32,000 nucleotides of DNA from Candidatus Saccharimonadota bacterium (GTDB taxonomy: Bacteria > Patescibacteriota > Saccharimonadia > Saccharimonadales > Saccharimonadaceae). Positions 8,427 through 14,669 of the stretch are shown here, in pieces. A program made the translations under genes and the position numbers. Under the pieces are notes generated by a model. That model saw only the letters and a program-made list of their open reading frames with translations. It made no database searches and was not told the origin of the DNA. The stretch is from positions 840,001-872,000 of the forward strand of contig CP064995.1 in NCBI GenBank assembly GCA_016700015.1. Direction: 5' to 3'. The number at the start of each line of letters is the position of its first letter. Within the stretch, counting starts at the first letter, position 1.

Positions 8427-8462
8427 ACTAAAATAGGGGTCTTTCGACCTCTATTTTAGTTG
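8425..8462 (+). terminator. Hairpin that starts inside the tRNA-Ser(GCU) CCA end
   Basis: CAACTAAAATAGGGGTC (8425-8441), loop TTTC, GACCTCTATTTTAGTTG (8446-8462), with one G-U pair. No U tract follows. Confidence 0.55.
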
Positions 8463-8600
8463 ATGTAAGGCGCAGCACTATCTCTCGCCGATCCCGTAAC
8501 AATGTTCACATTTTCACCCTAATACCAGTGTGAAGCGTGGTAAAACGGTGTATACTGAAGCGTAGAACCGTACAGATACAATAAGCGGAGAGATTTACAA

Positions 8601-9017
8601 ATGAAACGATCCATAAAATTATTTACAAGCTATGTCGTAGCCGCTTTTAGCGTACTCGCACTTGATGTTGCACAGGCTCACGCCGTGGGCACTATATCCG
8701 ATGGTGCCGGCTCGGCGCGCGGTAAAGATCAGCCCATCGATCTCTTTGGTGATGTCGGCGTGTTTTCAAAAATCAGTAGTGTTCTGTTGTTTATCGTCGG
8801 CGCTATCGCGGTAATTATGATTGTGATCGGCGGCCTTCGCTACGTGGTGTCGGGTGGCGATGCCAGTCAGGTCCAATCTGCAAAAAACACTATCCTCTAT
8901 GCGCTTGTCGGTGTAATTGTGGCTATTTTGGCCTACGCAGCCGTCAATTTTGTTATTGGTAGTTTTGTACCAACTACAAGCACCGGCTCAAGCTCCTACG
9001 GCGCATCAACGCGGTAG
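8601..9017 (+). CDS. VirB2/TrbC-like T4SS pilin paralog P1 (satellite copy)
   Basis: Signal peptide ending AQAHA, then the conserved two-helix core shared with the 12.1-14.5 kb paralogs (LLFIVGAIAVIMIVIGGLRYVVSGGDASQVQSAKNTILYALVGVIVAILAYAAVNFV). The C-terminal tail is Ser/Thr-rich. SD GGAGAGA lies at 8587-8593. Confidence 0.75.
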   Translation: MKRSIKLFTSYVVAAFSVLALDVAQAHAVGTISDGAGSARGKDQPIDLFGDVGVFSKISSVLLFIVGAIAVIMIVIGGLRYVVSGGDASQVQSAKNTILYALVGVIVAILAYAAVNFVIGSFVPTTSTGSSSYGASTR

Positions 9018-10376
9018 TTGTCTTTCTAACAACATATATCCGTTATCCTTTACCCGTGTCTGCCAGCCATCGTCAATCAGGTGTTTGGTTATGCTGCCCT
9101 TTTCGGCGCCAAGAAAGCAGCTGATACGGAAGGCGTTAAACTGTTCTTTTCGGTACTGTTCATCTTTAATAATACGCTCATACTCCGCAAAATAGTCTTT
9201 GCCATTTAGCCGCCAACTGGGCATGCGTCCATCAATAAATACTTTTTGGTTTGGGGCACGCCATATGAGGTAGCCGCCATCATTGTAATCGTTAAACAAG
9301 TTGCCAGTACAGGGGCGAGTAACAAGCGACTGGGCAGCCACCCGGGGATATGCTGACTCGGGGTCAAGCCGAATGTGTTGAAGCCCGTCATAGGCAAGAG
9401 TGGTGACAGCTAGGGCTACCACTGTAATACCGAGGCCAGCAATCCGTTTGTCATCGAGCAACTTCCAGAACGAGCTGGACCTCCCCATAGACTGCAAAAT
9501 AACCGGTAGGCTTGCAAGGGCAAACAGCGGAATATGCCGGGATGCGCTCAGTACAAGCAGTAGTGTGACTGTGTCGAAATGAACAAATGCCCGCCAGCTA
9601 CTTTGCTTGCCTGCTACAGCGCGAGCGACTACCCATAGCCCCACCAGTATTCCCAGCCCTATTTCGAGCTGGAACGACTCCCATTCCCCGATACGGCTAT
9701 GGAGCGCTGTGTCGCCTGCGGTGCGAAATACTTCGGTATAGAGTTCGGTGCCATAAGGGTTGATTAATGTCACCATGCAAGCAACGAGCAGCAATAAAAA
9801 TGTATGCCAGCTTTGATGTTTTAGCCAACAAAACCCAAGATACACGAGTCCGACAATAAATGAACCGTGCATGTTTGCCCATAGCAGCATGAGCGGAAGT
9901 GCCCACACCCAGCGTACTTTTTTTGATTGTCGCATCACAACCATAAGCAGCGCAAGCAGAAATACTGTCCAGGCAGCTGCTCGTACACCGGCGAACGGTA
10001 GTGCTACCAAGGCCGCCAACACCAATAGCGTTTTGTATCGATAAGGCGCAGCTACTAACCAAAATGCAGCCGCCCATAGGACCGCATACACGACAGAGAG
10101 CCCGGTATAGCCAGTAAAGTTATAGATAAGGAAGTTGGCAACATCGGCTAGCCATTCGTGGTGGATCCAGGGGAAACCCGCTGCGGTGTAGGTGAAAATA
10201 TCTGTTTTTGGTATGCCATGTTCGAAGATATATCGACCGGAGGTAATGTGCCAGCCGAAGTCCGGGTCGATGGTAAATCGAGATTTGAGGAAAAATAACA
10301 AAAAGAGAAGGAGAAAGACGACTCGACCGTCGAGCCGGGCAAGCCAATAGAAAAATTGCTTTGGTGAGCGCCTCAT
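9006..10376 (-). CDS. Polytopic membrane protein, GT-C-like (putative glycosyltransferase)
   Basis: The ORF is trimmed to the ATG at 10376 (MRRSPKQFF...). It has more than 10 hydrophobic helices, an early loop motif DPDFGWHITSGRYI...GIPKTDIFTYT...HHEWL, and a soluble C-terminal domain. The functional call is tentative. Confidence 0.55.
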   Translation of the reverse strand: MRRSPKQFFYWLARLDGRVVFLLLFLLFFLKSRFTIDPDFGWHITSGRYIFEHGIPKTDIFTYTAAGFPWIHHEWLADVANFLIYNFTGYTGLSVVYAVLWAAAFWLVAAPYRYKTLLVLAALVALPFAGVRAAAWTVFLLALLMVVMRQSKKVRWVWALPLMLLWANMHGSFIVGLVYLGFCWLKHQSWHTFLLLLVACMVTLINPYGTELYTEVFRTAGDTALHSRIGEWESFQLEIGLGILVGLWVVARAVAGKQSSWRAFVHFDTVTLLLVLSASRHIPLFALASLPVILQSMGRSSSFWKLLDDKRIAGLGITVVALAVTTLAYDGLQHIRLDPESAYPRVAAQSLVTRPCTGNLFNDYNDGGYLIWRAPNQKVFIDGRMPSWRLNGKDYFAEYERIIKDEQYRKEQFNAFRISCFLGAEKGSITKHLIDDGWQTRVKDNGYMLLERQLPR

Positions 10377-10570
10377 TTTATTTACTATACACGGCCAAGC
10401 AAAACGACCCAGCTTGAAGAGGGTGGGGTCGCCTGTGTGTGGGCGAGATGTCGCTATCACTCCTCCGCTTGTTTGAAAAATGAGCAAGCTCCTTTTTCGG
10501 CACTGCGCTCCGCCGAACTCGCGGTTGTCCGCCAAGTGGCGGACCCGCGAGCACGTATCTGCGCCTATTC

Positions 10571-10612
10571 CGCCAGACAAAGCGACCCCTTTCGGGGTCG
10601 CTTTGTCTGGCG
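10571..10612 (-). terminator. Hairpin that includes the tRNA-Ser(UGA) 3' CGCCA end
   Basis: CGCCAGACAAAGCGACCCC (10571-10589) and GGGGTCGCTTTGTCTGGCG (10594-10612) are exact reverse complements. The loop is GAAA on the transcribed strand. No U tract follows. Confidence 0.6.
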
Positions 10613-10695
10613 GAGAGGGCGAGATTCGAACTCGCGGTGAGTTGCCCCACGACGGTTTTCAAGACCGTTACCATCAACCACTCGGTCACCTCTCC
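10608..10695 (-). tRNA. tRNA-Ser (anticodon UGA), CCA encoded
   Basis: The reverse complement reads GGAGAGGTGACCGAGTGGTTGATGGTAACGGTCTTGAAAACCGTCGTGGGGCAACTCACCGCGAGTTCGAATCTCGCCCTCTCCGCCA. Anticodon loop CTTGAAA and a long variable arm. Confidence 0.9.
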
Positions 10696-10727
10696 ATGGT
10701 AACTCCGAAATTATACCAGTAGTGGGG

Positions 10728-11417
10728 TCATTTTTCCAGAGGTTGGCGGGCGAGAACAACTAGCCAAACGTCTGTCGCGCCCGCTTCGCGCAGTTTCCGT
10801 GCCGCGTACTGTGCCGTTGCGCCAGTTGTAAGCACGTCGTCCACTAGTAGATATGTCTTTGGTACACACGCCTGGGAATTAAATGCTTGTTTTGCCTGTT
10901 CAATGCGCAGTTTACGTGAAGCGCCTTGCTGCCGCGCTGATGTTCGGCGAGATAATACGGCTCGGTAGGTTAATCCACGACGCTTTGCGAACTCCTGTGC
11001 AAGCAGCGCTGTATGGTCATAGCCACGTTGACGGATATGAGCGCTCACCGTCGCAACCGGTGTCACAATACAATCGGCAGGCAGAACTGGCAGGGTCTGG
11101 TCGAGTAACTCGGCCATAACTCGATATGCTTCCTTACTCCTGTTGAACTTGTAGGCATGGATAACTGCTTCCAGCGCCGCCCGCTTTTCGCCGAGGCACC
11201 ATGCCCTTGAATAGGCGACACGATGGGACGAACAGACACCATATCTCCACCCTTCCACACCCCCACACAGTACGCAGGCACTAAATCCATCACTTTCGAT
11301 GTCATATTTACAATATTCACACAAAATAGCTCCAATGCTGCCGCAAGAGCGACAGTAGTGGGGAGCAAGCATGTCCGAAAGCCGTCGAAGCATTGTATTT
11401 TTTACGTTCGCAAGCAT
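10728..11417 (-). CDS. comFC: ComF-family protein (phosphoribosyltransferase-domain competence protein)
   Basis: N-terminal Cys-rich zinc-finger region (CRSCG...CEYC...CVLCGG) and a C-terminal PRTase motif (YLLVDDVLTTGAT), as in ComFC/GntX. Confidence 0.8.
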   Translation of the reverse strand: MLANVKNTMLRRLSDMLAPHYCRSCGSIGAILCEYCKYDIESDGFSACVLCGGVEGWRYGVCSSHRVAYSRAWCLGEKRAALEAVIHAYKFNRSKEAYRVMAELLDQTLPVLPADCIVTPVATVSAHIRQRGYDHTALLAQEFAKRRGLTYRAVLSRRTSARQQGASRKLRIEQAKQAFNSQACVPKTYLLVDDVLTTGATAQYAARKLREAGATDVWLVVLARQPLEK

Positions 11418-11424
11418 TGTTTTA

Positions 11425-11453
11425 TTGATTATACCGCAACCGTTAGCTATAAT
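11425..11453 (+). promoter_or_regulatory. Sigma70-like promoter TTGATT-17-TATAAT for hsp20
   Basis: TTGATT (11425-11430), a 17-nt spacer, and TATAAT (11448-11453), about 45 nt upstream of the hsp20 ATG. A minus-strand TATAAT (11428-11433), 10 nt before the comF ATG, overlaps it. Confidence 0.65.
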
Positions 11454-11500
11454 GTATCCAGACTAATTGTCAACATGCCAATGAGAAAGTGGAGGATATC

Positions 11501-11974
11501 ATGGCCCGTAAACAGAATGACGATCTGTTGATCGAAGACGAACTCGCTGCTGCGTTTCTAAACGATGACAGTATGGCAGACGATCAAACATCTGCACCAC
11601 AACCACAAGTAGCTGACGATGCGAACTGGGGCGAAGCTGAAGACGACTTCCCAGGTCAGTTAGCGGTAGACGTATACGAAACCGATGACCAATTGGTTGT
11701 CAAGGCTCGTACTGCCGGCGTGAACAAAGAAGACCTCGATGTCAGCATCAGCGACGGTATTCTAACCATCAGCGGCACGCTCAGCAGCGGTGACGACTCG
11801 GTCGCTACCAACTGGCACATCCAGGAATGCTACTGGGGCGAATTTAGCCGCACACTTGCGCTACCCGTACCAGTAAAGGAAGACGAAGTAGCGGCTGTCC
11901 TAAAGGACGGCGTACTCACCATCAACTTTAGCAAAATTAGGCAAGAACAAGCCAAGAAGATCCCTATTCAGTAG
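11501..11974 (+). CDS. Hsp20/alpha-crystallin family small heat-shock protein
   Basis: Alpha-crystallin domain (LAVDVYETDDQLVVKARTAGVNKEDLDVSISDGILTISG...GEFSRTLALPVPV...AVLKDGVLTINFSK). ATG at 11501 follows SD GGAGGA (11491-11496). The N-terminal extension is acidic. Confidence 0.88.
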   Translation: MARKQNDDLLIEDELAAAFLNDDSMADDQTSAPQPQVADDANWGEAEDDFPGQLAVDVYETDDQLVVKARTAGVNKEDLDVSISDGILTISGTLSSGDDSVATNWHIQECYWGEFSRTLALPVPVKEDEVAAVLKDGVLTINFSKIRQEQAKKIPIQ

Positions 11975-12056
11975 GGATTATCTGTACTAAACAGTCAATA
12001 CCGTCTTTAGGGGCGGTATTTTCGTAAGAAGTATGGAAGATCCAAGACGCATAAAA

Positions 12057-12085
12057 ATATACCGGCGCTTAAAGCGCCGGTATAT
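12057..12085. terminator. Bidirectional terminator hairpin between hsp20 and pilin P2
   Basis: Perfect 29-nt palindrome ATATACCGGCGCTTAAAGCGCCGGTATAT between two convergent genes, flanked by A/T-rich sequence. Confidence 0.7.
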
Positions 12086-12103
12086 GGTTTGAGTCAGTCG
12101 ACA

Positions 12104-12529
12104 CTATACCGCGTTGTCTTTGTTTGCAAAGCTACTTATGACAAAGTTGACGGCTGCGTAAGCAAGGATCGCAACAACAAGCCCAATGATTGCGTAAAGA
12201 ATTGTGTTCTTCGCAGAGGTGACTGCTGAGCTATCGCCTTGCGATACGGTGTAGCGAATACCACCGATGATCAGCATAACAACCGAGACCGCGCCGATAA
12301 TGAACAATAAGACATTGGTGACAGTTTGGAAGATACCACCAGTGCCAAAGAGGCTATCTGGCTGGTCCTCACTTTTTGCGCATGATGCCGATTGGCTAAG
12401 GCTGAGGTTGGCGGCATTACAGTCGACAGCAGCGACCGCAACTGCAGACGAAACCGTCACACAAAGGCCAAGCATCACGAGCGGTGCAGTCACAGCTGAC
12501 CGAATCCGCATCTTGAGAGTACTATTCAT
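12104..12529 (-). CDS. VirB2/TrbC-like T4SS pilin paralog P2
   Basis: Signal peptide, a Cys pair in the mature N-terminus (VDCNAANLSLSQSASCAK), and the core LLFIIGAVSVVMLIIGGIRYTVSQGDSSAVTSAKNTILYAIIGLVVAILAYAAVNFV. It has its own promoter, an SD (AGGAAAGGAA) and a terminator. Confidence 0.8.
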   Translation of the reverse strand: MNSTLKMRIRSAVTAPLVMLGLCVTVSSAVAVAAVDCNAANLSLSQSASCAKSEDQPDSLFGTGGIFQTVTNVLLFIIGAVSVVMLIIGGIRYTVSQGDSSAVTSAKNTILYAIIGLVVAILAYAAVNFVISSFANKDNAV

Positions 12530-12572
12530 TTTTTGGTTCCTTTCCTAATTACTGGAATTACTCTTGACTCTA

Positions 12573-12601
12573 TATATACCAGATAACACGCCGGTTGTTA
12601 A
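12573..12601 (-). promoter_or_regulatory. Sigma70-like promoter TTAACA-17-TATATA for pilin P2
   Basis: Minus-strand TTAACA (12596-12601), a 17-nt spacer and TATATA (12573-12578), in the 75-nt gap between P3 and P2. Confidence 0.55.
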
Positions 12602-12604
12602 CTG

Positions 12605-12979
12605 TTATTTAGTAAAATTGTCTACCACAAAGTTAACAATGGCGTAGGCCATAATAGCGACGACCAGTCCAATGACAGCATAGAGTATGGTATTTTTCGC
12701 CCCTGTAACCGCGCTCGTGTCGCCGTTTGATACAGTATAGCGAATGCCGCCGATAACAATCATAACGACAGCAATGGCGCCAAGAATAGTGAGAAGTACA
12801 TTAACTATTGTTTTCACAAATGAACTAACGGATTTTGTATTGCCTCCTGGATTTGTCGCATTGACCGATTCTTTGAGACAATTTGCCGGAGTGTCGCAGG
12901 CCGCATAGGCAGGCACTGCCACAAGACTAATTCCTAGCGCCATCAGTAGGGCAGTAAAGATAGGTTTGATGTTTCGCAT
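12605..12979 (-). CDS. VirB2/TrbC-like T4SS pilin paralog P3
   Basis: Signal peptide ending AYA, Cys pair (ACDTPANC), and the core LLTILGAIAVVMIVIGGIRYTVSNGDTSAVTGAKNTILYAVIGLVVAIMAYAIVNFV. SD AAGGAGAA lies upstream. Confidence 0.8.
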   Translation of the reverse strand: MRNIKPIFTALLMALGISLVAVPAYAACDTPANCLKESVNATNPGGNTKSVSSFVKTIVNVLLTILGAIAVVMIVIGGIRYTVSNGDTSAVTGAKNTILYAVIGLVVAIMAYAIVNFVVDNFTK

Positions 12980-12988
12980 AGTTTCTCC

Positions 12989-13360
12989 TTATCCAAAAAA
13001 TTTGGTTACTAATAGCACGACCGCTTGGCCGATAAGCGCAACAACGAGACCAATAACCGCATAGAGTATCGTGTCCTTTGCTGATTTTGTCCCACTTGAA
13101 TCGCCGCCCGATACCGCATACTTGATGCCGCCGATAACAATCATTAATACCGATACAAGACCCAGTATACCAGTTGCTACACGTATGGCTTGCCAAACAC
13201 CGCTTGCCCCATTGGCATAATCGAGCTTATTGTCTTTGACCACATTACAGCTTGAGTCAGTACAGTTCTTAAACAAATCAATGGCCGCAACGGGAGGGGC
13301 AATAACAAGACCGGTCACACTCATTGTGGCAAGAACCAGGGCAGTGCACAGTCGCTTCAT
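12989..13360 (-). CDS. VirB2/TrbC-like T4SS pilin paralog P4
   Basis: Signal peptide, Cys pair (NCTDSSC), and the core GLVSVLMIVIGGIKYAVSGGDSSGTKSAKDTILYAVIGLVVALIGQAVV. The start is coupled to the P5 stop (TAA-T-ATG). Confidence 0.78.
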   Translation of the reverse strand: MKRLCTALVLATMSVTGLVIAPPVAAIDLFKNCTDSSCNVVKDNKLDYANGASGVWQAIRVATGILGLVSVLMIVIGGIKYAVSGGDSSGTKSAKDTILYAVIGLVVALIGQAVVLLVTKFFG

Positions 13361-13361
13361 A

Positions 13362-13652
13362 TTAAAACCCCCCTAGAACTATATTTGTAATGGTGAATGC
13401 ACTAAGAATAACAATCAGTCCTACTGCGGCGCCAATCACTGCATTACGGGCACGAGTTACTTGCTGAGGATTGCCGTTCGAAGTAACAAACAAATAACCC
13501 GCCACTAAAATAACGATGATGGCAATAACCCCGCCCCAGAAGTAAACTGGCATCAAAATATTTTTTATAATGCCAGTGTCAGACTTCGGCCCCGTAAAAG
13601 AGACGTCATTTGTATTTAAAAGTGCTGCAAATTGATAAAGATAAGGTTTCAT
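13362..13652 (-). CDS. Divergent VirB2-like two-helix protein P5
   Basis: 96 aa with no obvious cleavable signal and no Cys. It has the same helix-loop-helix layout (VIAIIVILVAGYLFVTSNGNPQQVTRARNAVIGAAVGLIVILSAF) and is tightly coupled to its neighbours. Confidence 0.65.
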   Translation of the reverse strand: MKPYLYQFAALLNTNDVSFTGPKSDTGIIKNILMPVYFWGGVIAIIVILVAGYLFVTSNGNPQQVTRARNAVIGAAVGLIVILSAFTITNIVLGGF

Positions 13653-13653
13653 G

Positions 13654-14082
13654 CTATTTAATTACTCCTGCGACAGCGTTAACGATAGAAGCGGCAAGCA
13701 GAGAGATTACCATGCCGATGAGCGCGTTTGTAATTGTTTTCTTGGCACTCGACATTCCTTCTGGTGAGCCAGCAGCCGTAATGTATCCGAATCCACCCTT
13801 TATAATGAAAAATATTGTGACGTATGCCACGACGACCAGTAGTGCCTGAATAACATTGAGTGCAATTTTTAGAATTAGCTGACCAATGTCAGGCTTGCCA
13901 TTGCTCTCAGGTGCTTTGAAATTGCACGATCCGTCCTGCATGCCTTTATACCACGCTGGAATCATAAACACCGTATCAGTACATGCCGCTCGAGCGGGAG
14001 TCGATAACACAGTGGCAGTACCAACTGAGGTAAAGGCCATCCCAAGTATAATGATGACACTCGCGAATACATTCCGAATCAT
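13654..14082 (-). CDS. VirB2/TrbC-like T4SS pilin paralog P6
   Basis: Signal peptide ending ARA, Cys pair (ACTDTV...GSCNF), and the core LLVVVAYVTIFFIIKGGFGYITAAGSPEGMSSAKKTITNALIGMVISLLAASIVN. There is a 4-nt ATGA overlap with P7. Confidence 0.72.
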   Translation of the reverse strand: MIRNVFASVIIILGMAFTSVGTATVLSTPARAACTDTVFMIPAWYKGMQDGSCNFKAPESNGKPDIGQLILKIALNVIQALLVVVAYVTIFFIIKGGFGYITAAGSPEGMSSAKKTITNALIGMVISLLAASIVNAVAGVIK

Positions 14083-14543
14083 CCTATTACTCCCCCCGGC
14101 ACCAACCAGTTAAGTGCAAGTACCATGAGGGAATAGGCGATAATTCCGATAACAGTGTCGGTAATAAGCTTTTTCGACTTGGTAACCTGTTCTTGGCCGC
14201 CACCAGCACTTGAATACAATATTCCTGCGTACACCAGTGTGCCAACTGCGGCGATCCCTATACCCACACTCAGAAGTTGCAATACCCACTTGAGAATCAT
14301 GAAAATCCCCGTTGATTTGGCGTCAGTAGATGTGCTTGATGATGTCGAACATATCCAATCAGGTAAAATAGCACATTTGCCCTTTGCTTTGTCGTCGGGG
14401 ACCGAGCCGTTTGCTGTCGTGGTTGTTGCCGGAGTTGTTGTGGGAGTTGTTTCGGCAGCTACCGACACGGGAATCGTGGTCGTTGAGACGATGGCAAATG
14501 CTGCAATAGAGACAGTGGTAATAATTATTTTTTTTATCATCAT
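14079..14543 (-). CDS. VirB2/TrbC-like T4SS pilin paralog P7 with a Thr/Pro-rich linker
   Basis: The ORF is trimmed to ATGATG at 14543 (MMIKKIIITT...). It has a signal peptide, a TTPTTTPATTTT linker, a Cys pair (KCAILPDWIC) and the core SVGIGIAAVGTLVYAGILYSSAGGGQEQVTKSKKLITDTVIGIIAYSLMVLALN. Confidence 0.7.
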   Translation of the reverse strand: MMIKKIIITTVSIAAFAIVSTTTIPVSVAAETTPTTTPATTTTANGSVPDDKAKGKCAILPDWICSTSSSTSTDAKSTGIFMILKWVLQLLSVGIGIAAVGTLVYAGILYSSAGGGQEQVTKSKKLITDTVIGIIAYSLMVLALNWLVPGGVIG

Positions 14544-14631
14544 ACTTCTTCTTCTAGTACATAGTGTAGCGGTAATGGCTAGTATATGCAAAGCTATTGT
14601 ACCAACAGATGTAAAAAATACCTTATGTCCA

Positions 14632-14660
14632 TTGACTTTTTTAGCCAAAAATGGTAGTAT
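14632..14660 (+). promoter_or_regulatory. Sigma70-like promoter TTGACT-17-TAGTAT for the first VirB6-like gene
   Basis: TTGACT (14632-14637), a 17-nt spacer, and TAGTAT (14655-14660) preceded by TGG. Only 9 nt separate the -10 box from the ATG at 14670. Confidence 0.6.
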
Positions 14661-14669
14661 TGAAACGAT

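Noticed and set aside
10377-10570. SRP (4.5S) RNA, 6S RNA or a riboswitch in the structured spacer
   Set aside because: The conserved SRP helix-8 sequence (GGAAGCAGCC context with a GNRA loop) is absent on both strands, and no riboswitch core was recognised. It is kept only as an unclassified structured region.
6246-10612. The repeated hairpins near tRNAs as a CRISPR array or a REP/MITE family
   Set aside because: They are single inverted repeats of different sequence, each anchored on a tRNA 3' end. There are no regularly spaced direct repeats and no shared terminal sequences.
10437-10722. ORFs 10437-10640 (+), 10480-10722 (+) and 10378-10689 (-)
   Set aside because: They run through the tRNA-Ser(UGA) gene and its hairpin, so they are not credible coding regions.
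11454-11500. CIRCE or HAIR heat-shock operator upstream of hsp20
   Set aside because: Neither TTAGCACTC-N9-GAGTGCTAA nor CTTGAGT-N7-ACTCAAG is present. Only a short, poor TTAGC...CTAAT resemblance was seen.
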